Notes: generated by a model from the sequence alone, not told the origin. 64,000 bases of DNA from the human T2T-CHM13v2.0 reference genome, Homo sapiens (GCF_009914755.1 NC_060926.1), one strand, 5' to 3'. Numbered from the stretch's first letter, positions 32,094 to 45,430 are shown. Numbers and translations: made by a program.

Positions 32094-32630
32094 TAAGATC
32101 TTGATTTCTACCATCTGAACTCTGTATTTGAACTGACTGCTCCTGCTTGAGCTTACTGGCCAAAACTTGGCCCACTCAGACTCACGGAAGTTTCTGGTTC
32201 TTCCCTGGTAACTTTTCTGAACTTAACCACTGGTTTGCTTGACAAGAGATTACCATCTTCTCACTTCCTAGCTATGTGAACTCACTTATCTGCTCTATTG
32301 CTGTTCAGTCTAGCACGGCACTTATTGAACGAGTGTCTACATCTGCACCCCCTACTTCTTACTCATCCATTCTGTTTCAATTTCTTAAAAAGAAAAAAAA
32401 AAAGCTATTGTAAACATACGATTACAGAAAATGATTTATAACATGTGTATGTACCACCTAGCCCTGTCAAGTCTTAATATTTGTTATATTTGCTTCAAAT
32501 CTTTTTTCAGACTGTAGTTAAAAATTACTTAGGAGCCATTATTTATGGCCTATTTCCTGACCTAGTCTTCTTGATGGTCAGTTTGCCTAATCATCTTAAG
32601 TTGCAAAAGCTTAGAATTAAAGCAAAGTAC

Positions 32631-33868
32631 CTTCGATCCTCTGCTGTTGCCTTCTTTTTAATATTTGGGTTTGTTTGGGTCCCATTTACGGTTGTGACAT
32701 CAGCTTGAGTTTTGGGAGCTGTCTTGTTCAGAAAATGGTTCTGGGGAACAGCCTTTTTCAACTTGGAGTCCAAAGTCTGTGCTTTTTGCTGAAAGCCATT
32801 ATTGTTATGTTTATTACCACTGGTTCCATTTGGTCTTATGCTAGGGGTGCTTGGAATGGCTGAATTAAATCTGCCAACTGTCAAATTAGGCCTCTGGCTT
32901 ACGGCTTTTGACTTTTGCAGTACACATGATGTCTGAGGTATACAAACTTGGCTGGACTTCTGATCTTGCTTGATGTTTGGATGTCTGTTGTTATATTCAC
33001 CCTGAAGCAAACTGGGGTATGTTCTGGGTTTGGTGTGCTTCACTCTCTGTTCAGTAACAGGGTATGACCGTATCTTAGTTTCATTTGGTCTTTCATATTG
33101 ACTCCTATTAACCTTTATATCTTTGATGTTCTTGACTACTGGTTTCTTTGATGACTGAACTTTACTAAGGGTCCGAATAAAGTGAGAGGGAACCGTCCTT
33201 GAGGGTTTTACTCCTGGTCTTGCAAGATCTGCTCCTCTAGAGAGTTGCTGTGATTTTACTGGGAAAGTCCTGCTTTGTGTTTCTCCAACAAATTGTTTAT
33301 TAACCCTATCTTTCAGAACAGCACTATTAACTGAACTTTTGCCCAAGGCTTGTTTAGGAACTAAACTGTTCTTGGTTTGATTATAAGAGTCAGTCTTTGG
33401 CTTACTTCTGGTATATAATTTAGGATCTGGCTTCCTCTCAGGTTCTGTTAAGATATCGAGCAAGTTCTCTTTGTTTGTTTCTTTTAGAAAGTTATCCAAA
33501 GATTCGTTTTCAACATGGATATTATTCATAAAGTCTATACATTTACCATTTCCTTGATCTGTTAACTGCTGCTTTGTAGTTTTCAATTGCTCTATATTAA
33601 GTGACCCCACAGGTTTTCTTGACAGTTCTCCTGTTGTGGACGATCCAGCTTCACACTGTTGAAAACTCTTGCTAGAAGGCTTAGAGTATGGGTTAGAAGA
33701 AACACATTCTGAAGTCAGCCTTTTGCCCAGAAGTTTTGGTGGCTCCAACTTCGGCTTCTGGGACCCTGCAGTATTAGGTGGTCTGGGCTGGAGTTTAATG
33801 CTGATGGACCTTTTAGGTTTGACAGGCAAAACAACATGGTTGGTAACATCATTTTTGGGTCTAATAGT
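32631..33868 (-). CDS. CKAP2L: CKAP2L exon 4 (large exon; KEN box at aa 185-187, nt 33464-33472)
   Basis: 1238 nt within the 429-aa ORF 32591..33880; AG/GT boundaries. Confidence 0.97.
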
Positions 33869-34039
33869 CTGAAAAAACAAAGAAAATACATATTAAAAAA
33901 TCCTTAACATATCTTATTGTTTTTAAAATAATAACTGTGTTTAACACATGCTAAAAAAAATAATCATTTTTAGAATTTCATCTAAGAAAGTTGAATCCTC
34001 AGAAAGTAAAGAAAGACTCACTAATAGGTAGTTTTTGTG

Positions 34040-34350
<311 letters not shown>

Positions 34351-35379
34351 TAGTTTTTACAACTTGAGTTCCTATCAGAAGTATATTAGAATCTTTTAGC
34401 TTGACAGAATTAAGCAGAGATGCAGTGAATATACAAAACTTGCTCTTTCAAAAATGAATTTGCCTCAAACAGTAGTTGTTGAATGCCTATTATATCCTAA
34501 GTGCCCTCCAAAGAACCCTGAAAAAATACATACATAATGAACTTATGTTAGGGTACCTCCCAACAAATCTCTCCTAGTACTTTGTATAGCCACACTATAT
34601 GTTTTTTAAACCACTGCCTTTGTAAACATCACAGTATCACTCAAGAACCTCTGTCTCATCCCTGGAGATCAGTGACAAGGAGATAGGTGGCAGATGATGT
34701 GAGGCCTGAGATATGCTGCCACAGCTCTCAATAAACATGTAACATCTTAATAGTCATATTTGTAAAATCAGCCAGGACAGGGTTTTAAGGTTAGAGTCTA
34801 TGTTAATAATAAACAAATGTTTAGTCATGTGATTTAAGTTTGGATAAGAAAGGTAGGACTCGATTACAGAGAATTTTGAAAACTAGGGAAGGGAGTTTAG
34901 AATTCATATGGTAAGTAATTGGGCAAGCCACTATGAATTCCTGAGCATCTCTCATGAAAGCAATTACTCAGAAAGGAGAATTTCACAGAGATTTATGGAA
35001 TATGTTTCCAGGGTAAGATATGGGAATGCTAGAGTTACCACTCTATTTTTGATTTGACAAATATTGTGAAGAATCACTACATAAACTTGGCGAGTATGTA
35101 AAGGATTTCTAACCAGAACCATTTGGCATTGAGGGCAAAGAGATGTCTACTCTGGATGATAGCGGTGTGTGTGGTGTTACTAGGAGTGAAACAGCGGAGT
35201 TGGGAGTGGGAGGCAGAGAGATGGATGGTATACCCACAATGGCTATATCTGGATTAATCTTTGAGCACCAACATTTATATACACCTCGGATCTCTCCATC
35301 ATTGCTTACTGAAGAGGTGGAGGGACGTTGGCATGAAAGCTTCCAAATGTGTTTTTTTAGTTGCTTTCTTATATATTAA

Positions 35380-35750
35380 AAACAAATTGATATAATCCAC
35401 AAACCATAAAATTCACCATTTTAGTAAGTGCACACTTCTGTGGATTTTATAGCCACACTATTATACAGCAATCACCACTGTCTAATTCCAGAACATATTC
35501 ATCACCCTAGAAAGAAACTTGGTTTACTTGTTGGCAGTCACTCCCCATTTTCTGCTCCCTGCAGTTCTTGGCAACCGCTAGTCTACTTTCTGTCTCTGTA
35601 TGTCTATAGATGTGCCTATTTTAGATGTGTCATATAAATGGAATCATGTAATATGTGGCCTTTTCTGTCTGGCTTCTTTCACTTAGCATAACGTTTTCAA
35701 GATTTACCCATGTTGTAGCATGTATCAGTACTTCATTACTTTTTAAAATT
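35380..35750 (-). mobile_element. L1 (L1MB/ME-like) 3' fragment
   Basis: accataaaattcaccatttt, ggcaaccgctagtctactttctgtctct, ggcttctttcacttagcat. Confidence 0.75.
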
Positions 35751-36407
35751 AACTTTTTTAGAGCAGGTTTAGATTCACAGCAAAATTAATAATAGTAAAA
35801 GTATCTATTATCTAGGAAGGATGCCATATATCCCGGTTTTCACAAGATAGTTTTGATTTATGCCTGTTGGTCAAAGAGTACTGCTTTTTACTCTCAAAGT
35901 GTCCTGGTTTGGACATTAAAGCATATGGCCAACTTCCTCACATGGTTGTTCTGAGTGAGGTAATGTATATAAACATGTCTGGGTGTTAGTTATTGTTGTC
36001 ATGTATCGAAAGTGTTATATAAATTGTCAAGCATTATATAACTGTAATGATGACTATTATTTACATCGTGCTTTTAGTTTCTCCTAAATTCTGTAATTCC
36101 CTTCCTGAGTTCACTTTTTACTTTTACAACTGTGTAAAGCAGATAAGGTAGGTATCATCCTCATTTACGAGCTGATGTACTGAAGTCAGTATTGTCAACT
36201 TCCAGAGAAGCCTCTGGGAAGTCTGAATGAGGGCCCTTTCCAGTAGATTTTTCCTTAAGACTTGCATACTATACTGGTTCAATCTGCATAAAGTAAAAGT
36301 GTAACCCAGTGCTTCCCAAACGTTAAACCATTGTTCATAAATTTTGCCTTATATACATTTTGCTATCCTTCACAGTGTCTAATGATGTCATGTATACATA
36401 CAACATA

Positions 36408-36703
36408 TATATGTCTACATATGCATATGCATATGACTGAAATATGACTGAAGTGATTTGGTGAATCATTAAAACTTATTAAAATTCTCACCAGTGAGAA
36501 TTTTTCACTTCAGGAAGCACTATTTTAGTTACATTTCAGAACACAGATAAAAACTTATATGTCTATATATGCATATGCATATGACTGAAATATGACTGAA
36601 GTGATTTGGTGAATCATTAAAACTTATTAAAATTCTCACCAGTGAGAATTTTTCACTTCAGGAAGCACTGTTTTAGTTACATTTCAGAACACAGATAAAA
36701 ACT
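36408..36703. repeat. Tandem duplication, 2 x 148 bp with 2 mismatches
   Basis: Units 36408-36555 and 36556-36703. Confidence 0.95.
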
Positions 36704-37363
36704 ATGTTTTAAAAAACTAAAGGTGAGATTTTTATTGCAGATGAATAATCTGTGCCTCTTTCAGAGGGCTAATTTCTTCCATTTAAACTTTAAGTTAAGG
36801 ATCCTTTACCATTCTATCTAATGTAGCTAAATTAAATTGATTAGGAAGCATATACTTGTTAAGTGGCTTGGAAGGTTCAATGCAAATGTTCTCTTTTAAT
36901 GACTACTGAGCTATTTAACTTCATGGCAGCATACCAAAGTGGTTAAGATCACAGGCTCTCAGCTTTGTCACTTAATAGCTATACGACCTATTTAACCTTT
37001 CTGTGACTTAGTTTGCTTATCTGTAAAGTGGGGCTACTAATAGTAGCCTCATAAGATTGTGAGGACTCAGTGAGGTAATGCAAGTCAGAAAAGTATCAGG
37101 CACACAGTAAGCATTCAATAAATGTTAGCTATCAAGAGGACTAAAGTTCACTTGAGGCTTTTCTTGGTTAATAAAACTAAACTACTTTTCAAAAAATGTC
37201 ATACTTTTCAAAAAATGATTGTCTCTTATTAAACCAAACTGTTTTTATATCTGTAAGAAATACCTTTCAAATACATGTTCTTTAGGTTGCTAACATCTTT
37301 ATTATTTTTATTACTAATCATACTTATGAATGCATATTTTTAAAAAGACTAATTTCTACTTAC

Positions 37364-37415
37364 AGATTTAGAAGGTGGTTGATTCTGGCAATTATTCTTG
37401 GATTTTAGATAAGGC
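37364..37415 (-). CDS. CKAP2L: CKAP2L exon 3 (PYLKSKNNCQNQPPSKS)
   Basis: 52 nt, tag/gtaagt boundaries. Confidence 0.93.
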
Positions 37416-37827
37416 CTATAAAAGACAAATTAAAATTAATCCTCAGCACAGAAGGATTCTAAGCTAAGCTTGGGAAGTACAGTGATTAAAAATTATGAAT
37501 AGAATTTTAAATAATTAGAATTTCTGTAATGGCAAAATAATTCAAAATTATATTTAATAAAGTCTCCTTATCATCATTTCTTTAGTTCTGTATCCTCCCC
37601 CTTGGAGACCACCAACTGCTCCTACTCTTTTTTTTTTTGCCTTGTGATCCTTACAGAGACTGTCTATACATAAATCTAGCATTCTCACAATATTAATGAG
37701 ATATATGTGTTTCCTTCATATTTATATAGTCTTACTCATTCACACATCATTCCTGGAGCACTGCAATGTGCCAGACACCGAAGACACAATGCCAAATAAA
37801 ACCATTAACTGCTTCTTTAAAAAATTT

Positions 37828-38198
<371 letters not shown>

Positions 38199-39153
38199 TT
38201 AAAAAAAAAAAAACCAAGACACACATGAAATATAGCTAGTGAGACAGGAAATGCAGAAAAAGGATTGGAAAACAGAGGTGAATTTAGAAGGAATCAATCT
38301 GCATGGACCAAAAACAATTGCTAGACTAACAAGGACTTTGATTATGACTTGTTTGATGTTTGTCTCTCCCATCTACAGCATAAGCCCTGGGAGGGCAGGA
38401 ATGTCTGTCTTGTTAAGCGCCATTATCTCTAGCATCAGAAGTGACTGAGATGTTATAGGTACTAAATAAATATTTGTTGAATAAGTGAATTAGGTTCATT
38501 TAATCAAGGAAATAGAGGTGAGTAAACACCCAAGATAAAATAAAGGGTGAAAGCTAACTTTGTAAAAATTAATTTTCAAATAAATACTTAGCAACTCAAA
38601 TGGGGAAAAAATTAATTAATGCTAAGAAAGGACAAATAACACGACAAAGATGGTAAGAATCTACAAAGGATAAAAATGAAGTGGACATGTTCTGTCTACC
38701 TTAACAGTAAATGCTAAGAGAATGACCCAAGAGCAGAGGGTATCACTCTGCTACGGAGGATTGATTGTAACTGGCTCTCCTGCCTTAGCAAGAAATGCCA
38801 GAACCATGGTCATTCAAGTTCTTGACCAAAAACTGCCTTCATGAGAATCAACTTCCCCAAGAAAAAAAAAGCAGAAACAGGCAAAGCTTCCAGCATGGTA
38901 GGTAATACTGACCCTTCTTCCCTCCTTCCTTTGGAGATTCACACAGTAATAATGCATAAAGCTTTGCCAATGGACTAAGCACTGCCCAGGGGTTTTTGTC
39001 ATGCCTGGACTGAAATGCTCTTTTTGCGTTATCATAGAATCCCAGTGCAGTCTGAGTAGACTCTAAGCAAAAGGGACATTTTTCAAAAAGGCTTTAAATT
39101 GCTAGTACAAAGAAGGCAACAAAACTTGCGTAACTGTGGACAGATAAACTCAC

Positions 39154-39220
39154 TTGGTGTTTTGGCTCTTCAGTTTTCCCTTGGCTGCAAGGTACTCCTG
39201 AAACTTTCTCTGCCGCTCTT
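39154..39220 (-). CDS. CKAP2L: CKAP2L exon 2 (ERQRKFQEYLAAKGKLKSQNTK)
   Basis: 67 nt, cag/gtgagt boundaries. Confidence 0.95.
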
Positions 39221-39436
39221 CTGCAACACAGGCAAGCAAACAAACGACATAACTTTAGTTCAAGATTTTAACCAGTTCATTAATATTCTAAAAGATGACA
39301 CTTTTCTCTAGTGATTTTGCCTTTGCAACATAATGTTATAAAATCCCTAGTCCTATAAATGTGCCTTCAAGCTAACATCAACATCAACAATATCATTTAT
39401 ATGCCAGGCCTACACTAAGTTCTTTAAACTTACTAC

Positions 39437-39737
39437 TTTTTTTTTTTTTTTTGAGACAGGGTCTTCCTCTGTCACTGAGGTTGGAGGGCAGTGGCACAAC
39501 CACGGCTCACTGTTGACTTGATCTCCCAGGTTCTAGCAATCCTCACACCTCAGTCTCCTGAGTAGCTGGGAATACAGGCGTGTACCACCATGCTGGATAA
39601 TTTTAAAAAAATTTTTTGTAGAGACAGGATCTCACTATGTTGCCAGGGGTGGTCTCAAATTCCTGAGCTCAAGTGACCCTCCTGCTTTGGCCTCCCAAAG
39701 TGCTAGGATTACAGGCGTAAGTCAAAGCACTCGGCCT
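39437..39737 (-). mobile_element. Alu (AluJ-like)
   Basis: Diverged antisense Alu. Confidence 0.9.
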
Positions 39738-40749
39738 AAATTTACATTATTGCTTTCAATCCACAAAACAATCCAATGAGTTTTTGCAATCTGAAATTCA
39801 GAGAGAGTAAATGTCATGCCCAAAGTTACCCAGCTAATATGTGGCAATTCCAGGACTTGAAAACAGGCTTTTCTAACCCTGGAGCTCACAGCCACTGTTC
39901 TCAGCTACAACAGTCTGTTTTGAAGAATTTCTGTTACTGGCCCACCTGAGCTGGTGAGCCAGGCCTGGTCTTACGTCTTTTGTTTTTTTACAGGGATGAT
40001 GATTTTTACCCACAAACCCTTATATGGCTTCCTTTGTTGGTACTAAGGATAAAATACGCCCGGTCTGCTCACGGCAGACACCTATACTATGGTGACTTTC
40101 TACGCAAGCCATTTGTGAGGGGATGACAAGTCAATAATTTCTGCCTTCAAGAACTTTCAAACTAGTAGTGGAGATAAAATCAACACAGCAACAATTACAG
40201 TATAAGGTAAAATCTAAGGGCCATAAGAGACGAAAAGAAGTATGGGAGTTCAGAGGTAGGGCATAAATGAGGGGAGTAGGTGGCTAGAAAAGGTTAAAAG
40301 TAAATAATGATGTGAAGGAAGACAAAAAGACGACAGGGGTGCCAAACGACTCTTAACCTCATCTGAACGGAGTTGCCCTGTTTTGCTCTCTGATGCTCAT
40401 GTATCTATCCTTAGAGACAGCTTGGCGGGCAATGTAGAGCGTAGGGGCTGACATAGGGGGTTGGAGTCCCACCTCCGTGACTTCTAGCAAATTAGCAAAC
40501 TTTGCTGCTGCTAAGCCTATAAGGCGGACAGAAATGCCATCTTTAAAGCTTGTTATGTAAAGTGCCTAGGACCTCGTAGGCATCAACAGGAATAATGGAT
40601 GAAACAAAACAACGGTGCGTATCTTGGAGAAAGTGGCATCTGAGCAGGAGTATTTTGAAAGGTAGGAAAGGGCTCCAAGCACATCTAAGAGATTAGGGAA
40701 CGCAGAAGCCTTAGCCCTGGGTGCAGATTTAACCAATCAACTTCTAACC

Positions 40750-41700
40750 ACCGCAGGCTGAGAGGTGTGGAGTGAGAGCCCCGCCAGAGGCAGGAGACCC
40801 GGGCTTCGGCCAGACCCCGCCTCCTGGCACAGAGGACCACGCCCGGCTCTGCCTGGAGCCAAATGTGGATCAAAACAGCGCGCAGCTTCCCACTGCTGGT
40901 GAAAACCCGAGCAAGGGGCCTCAGTTTCTTTATCCGGAACGTGGTGACAATGACATCTCTTTGCAAGGCTGCTGCAGGGCTTTCTGGAAATACGCCCGTG
41001 AGGTATCTGGGCCTGCGCACAGCCTCCCCCGCCCAGGACCCAGACGTCTACCTGGGGGTCCCGTCTGCGCTCCCGGGATGGAAAACGCCCAGGGGAAACT
41101 TAGGCAGGCGAGCGGACGGGCACCTCCCGCGGGACGAACTCACTCGGTGGCCTCCTACTTCCCCGGCCGTGTTCCAACGCCTGAGAATAACGGGAACAGC
41201 GGTCGTACTCACCGACAGCGGCAGCAGCGGTAGGCCCGGGCCCCACCATGACTCTTCAGTGACAGTTTTTCTTCAAACGCCGCGCCTGTAGCCAGGACCG
41301 GCGTGCCGCGCGTCCACGCGTCCTCATTGGCTCCTGCGGGTTTGAAACTCGCTAGTCGTCAGCACGGGAGGGCGGGACAACAGGCAATAGGCTCTTTGCG
41401 GTTGGCTCTGGCCTTGAGAACCCGACCTTGGGGCCCTTTGATTGGAAGAACGTGCAGCGCACCTCGGCATTGAGGGCGGCTTCCTCGGGGCGCGGCGCCG
41501 CCCGCCTCTGAGTGCGCCTGTGAGTGCGCCTCCGAGTGGGCGTGGGACCCTCCGTGGGGGCCTCAGCCGGGCTGGTGGTTGGGGGGCGGTTACGCTGAAT
41601 CCAGCTGGGGTTGGCGCGCCGGGAGTCCCTGGGCGGAGAGACAGGGCGGTCCTCCCAGGATGCTGGGGCCGCTACCTGATTCTGTCCTTTCAAAGTCTCA
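40750..41700. promoter_or_regulatory. CpG island / CKAP2L promoter with CHR elements and CCAAT boxes
   Basis: High CpG density; TTTGAA at 41272-41277 (-) preceded by GGCGCGGCG; TTTGAA at 41341-41346 (+); CCAAT (-) at 41326-41330 and 41441-41445. Confidence 0.88.
41213..41249 (-). CDS. CKAP2L: CKAP2L exon 1 coding part (MVGPGPTAAAAV)
   Basis: ATG at 41249, gtgagt donor; the 9 exons sum to 2238 nt = 745 aa + stop. Confidence 0.95.
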
Positions 41701-41796
41701 GACTCACAGGAGCTGTGAAAAAATAATATTATAAAGAGGACATATGGGTCTTATGCATCTAAAGGCTCCTAGTTCTTAGTACTGCAGGGTGGCTCG

Positions 41797-42400
41797 TTTA
41801 ATTGTGGTAAAATATGCATAACATCACATATACCATTTTAACCATTTTAAAGTGTTAAATTTTTCAAAAATGTGCAGTTTAGTGGTATTAAGTACCCTCA
41901 CATTGTGGCACAGCCACCACTACTGTCCTTTCCAGAACTTTTTCATCTTCCCAAATGAAACCCTGTACCCGTCACTAACTCCGCACTCCTCCCTCCCCCA
42001 GCCCCAGGCAATCACCATTCTAGTTTCTGTCTCTATGGATTTGACAACTGTAGGTGCCATATAAGTAGAATCATGCAGTATTTGTTCTGTGACTGGCTTG
42101 TTTCACTTAGCATAAAGTATTCAAGGTTCATCCATGTGTAGCATGTGTCAGAATTTCCTTTCCTTTTAAGGGGGAATAGCATTTCGTTGTGTGGAGATGC
42201 CACATTTTGCTTCTTGGTCCATCCCTCTCCGGACACTTGAGTTGCTTCCACTTTTTGGCTATTGTGAATAATAATATGAACATGAATGCACAAATAACTC
42301 TTTGAGACTCTCCTTTTCATTCTTTTGGGTATATACCACGAAGTGGTATTGTTGGATCAAACGGCAATTCTATTTTTAATTTTTTGAGAAACTGCCTTAC
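41797..42400 (-). mobile_element. L1MB-like 3' end
   Basis: ttaattgtggtaaaatat, accattttaaccattttaaagtg, cacttgagttgcttccactttttggctattgtgaataat. Confidence 0.8.
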
Positions 42401-43324
42401 TCCTCTCACGGTGATCTCTTGTTCAAGGTATATTTTCGATTTCACCTGATCAGCTGACTATAAGGCCATAAGGCTAACGGAGAAACGCAGGCCTAGTTTC
42501 TCCTAGTTACTAGGAGATCGCAGGCCTAGTTGTCCTCAATCCCTAGACACACTTCATTCCCCTTGTTTTAATCCTAAATTTTTTTTCTTTTGAAGTTTGT
42601 CCTGTTTCATCTATTCTCCAGTTTCTTAAAGAGGTCTGGAAAATGCTTTTGGCTCCTTGTGTATGAAGGTTCCTCTTCCATGGATGCTGGAGAAGTCGTG
42701 TGTGGAGGGGCAGTCATATCTGGGCACCTGTTGGCCAGGTTCAGCTTACCAGTTGGGTACTCAGCAGGGCATGAAGCCACTGCAGCAGCCCTTCTCTTTA
42801 GCCGTAAATAGGGAGTTTGGAAGAGAGCCAGGGTTTCTGGATTTATGCATTTTGATATTTTCAATAGTGTATTAAATGTTTAAAATAGGAAAACTGATCA
42901 TTATTTTTGTTAATGACTGAGAAAGGGACTCCTTCACCAACAGTTTCAGAAAAGTGAAGGCGGTTTTGTTTTGGTCTTTGTAGAATCTAGGTGGTTGAAT
43001 GCATGTCAGTTGTAGAAGTCACCTTGCCTGATATCCCACGCAGTGCTGGAGTATTCCACAGACCCCATGTAGGTACTGCACCTTTGCAGGTATACTGCTG
43101 GTGTTGGTGAGCTGCCTTACCTGTCCTGTTATTGGAGACCCCTGCTTATTAGGAAACTTAAAATGAACTCAAATGAGCTTCCTTGCTTACTGGTCCTAGT
43201 CCTTTGGAGCAACATAGGCCAGTTCTGCCTCGTTTTTTTCCATCCTTTGGGTATTTGACGGTCTATTTTGTAGGACACAAAATGTGGGAAAATAGCTAGG
43301 CAGGTTTAAAAATTCTCAACTCTA

Positions 43325-43946
43325 CCAAGCATGGTGGCTTATGTCTGTAATCAATCCCAGCACTTTGTGAAGCTGAGGCAAGAGGATTGCTTGAGCCTAG
43401 GAGTTTGAGACCAGACTGGGCAACATAGCAAGACCTCGTTTCTTAAAAAAAAAAAAAAATTACAAAAATTAACCAGGCATGGTGGCACACACCTGTAGTC
43501 CCTTCTACTCAGGAGGCTGAGGTGGGAGGATCACTTGAGCCCAAAAGTTGAAGGCTGCAGTGCACTGTGGTCATGCCACCGCACTCCAGCATGGGAGGCA
43601 GAGCAAGACCCTGTCTCCAAATAAATAAATAAATTAAATTCTTAACTCATTCATCAAAGTATCCACTGTAGCTTTCCATGATCCTGGTGTTGTTTTTTTT
43701 AGAAGGATCTGGCTCCATTGCCCGGCTAGAGTGCAGTGGCATGATCTCAGCTCACTGCAGCCCCCACCTCTCTGGCTTAAGCGATCATCCCACTTCAGTC
43801 ACCCATCTGGGTAATTTTTGTATTTTTTGTAGAGATGGGGTTTTGCCATGTTGCCCCAGGTTGGTCTCGAACTCCTGGCTCAAGCGATCCATCTGCCTCC
43901 ATCTCCTAAAGTGTTGGGATTACAGGTGTGAGCCACCACACCAGGA
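43325..43946. mobile_element. Closely spaced inverted Alu pair (+ about 43325-43635; - about 43695-43946)
   Basis: Two diverged Alus tail-to-tail, about 60 bp apart. Confidence 0.88.
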
Positions 43947-44169
43947 CAATCCTGGTGGCTTTTAACGGTTTTCCATTGCTCTCAGGCTAATGACCTATAA
44001 GCCCCTGCGGGCTTGGCCTTTTACTCCCTCAGCATTAGCCACCTCCCTTAGCCTTAGCCCACACTACTCTCCCCTTGCTCAGTGTTATCCAGACACTTTG
44101 TTTTTTCCTTTCCATACTCCTCTCTGTCTGGGAATCCAACCTTTCTTTCTCATTTCTCTAGTTGATTAT

Positions 44170-45430
44170 TATTATTTTTACTCTAGCAGCCTTATTGAGA
44201 TATTTACATACCGTACGATTCTCCCACTTACAGTGTACAATTCAATTTTCTAACATTTTCATCACCCCCTAAAGAAACCCTATACTCATTAGCAGTCACT
44301 CCCCATTCTCCCCTCCTCTCAGCCCCTAGAAACCATGAATCTACTATCCATCTCTATAGATTTGCCTTCTGGACATTTCATATATATGAAATTATGCAAT
44401 TTGTGGTCTCTGATGGGCTTCTTTTGTTACCAAAATATCATGGGTTTGATCTAGGTCCTGCTGCTCGCTGCACAGAAAGCCAGCCACTGAGATGACAAGT
44501 ATTGCCAAGGAAGAAGGCTTTAGTCAGGTGCTGCAGCTGAGGAGATGGGGGCTCAATCTCAAATCCATCTCCCTGACCTAAAACCAGGGGTTTGGATAGC
44601 AGGGAAGAAATGTAACAATGCGTAAGAAAACAGGAACCAGGGAGGGGCAAGGAAGCAATCCTGATGAATGAGTGGTCCAAAGTCTCATTGCCTGGATGTG
44701 GTGATCTGGCGAGTTTCAGTTCTTTGATACTTTTTTTGAGAGGCCTGAAGTCTTTTCCCCAGGAAGGAACTCAAACAAAACAAATACAAGCTTCCAGCTT
44801 TAAGACCAGAAGCGTCAGTTTCTATGTTTATCCGAAAGAACAGTCTATGGGACTATTGGTTAAGTTTCACTTTCACTTAGTATGCTGTTTTCAAGGTTTA
44901 TCCACATAGCATGTGTCAGTACTTCATTCTTTTATGACTGGGTATTCTATTGTGCGGATATACAATATTTTATTTGCCATTCATAAGTTGATGGACATCT
45001 AGGTTCTTTCCACTTTTTGGCTATTATGAATAATGCTGTTATGAACTTTCATGTATAAGTTTTTGTGTAGACATATGTTTTCAACACTCATGGGTATATA
45101 CCTAATGAGAGGAATTACTGTGTCATACGATAATTCTATCTTTAACCATTTGAGGAACTGCCAGACTGTTTTCCAAAGCAGCTGCAGCATTTTACATTCC
45201 TACCAGCAGTGTATGAAAGTTCCAGTTTCTTTACATCCTCAACAACACTTGTTATTGTCCATCTTTTAAATTACAACCATCCTAGTGGTTGTGAAATGGT
45301 ATCACATTGTGGTTTTTATTTGTATTTCCTTGATGACTAATGATGTTAAGCATCTTTTTATGTGTTTACTGGCCATTTGTATATCTCTATTCAGAGTCTT
45401 TGCCAATTTTTAAATTGGGTCAGTTGTCTT
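44170..45430 (-). mobile_element. L1MB-like 3' region split by a solo LTR
   Basis: L1 motif ggcttcttt|cacttag is continuous across the LTR insertion. Confidence 0.8.
44425..44869 (-). mobile_element. ERV1 (MER4-group, LOR1/LTR26-like) solo LTR
   Basis: TG...CA termini; 4-bp TSD cttt at 44421-44424 and 44870-44873; minus strand begins tgaaacttaaccaatagtcccataga. Confidence 0.8.

Noticed and set aside
40685-41726. Several 90-150 aa ORFs on both strands near the CKAP2L start
   Set aside because: Expected stop-codon scarcity in a GC-rich CpG island; no recognisable domains.
42560-43260. Unique-looking intergenic stretch with an 85-aa minus-strand ORF (42607..42864) and donor-like sites, suggesting a pseudogene or lncRNA
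   Set aside because: I recognise no protein homology and no consistent exon chain. BLASTX and RNA-seq would be needed.
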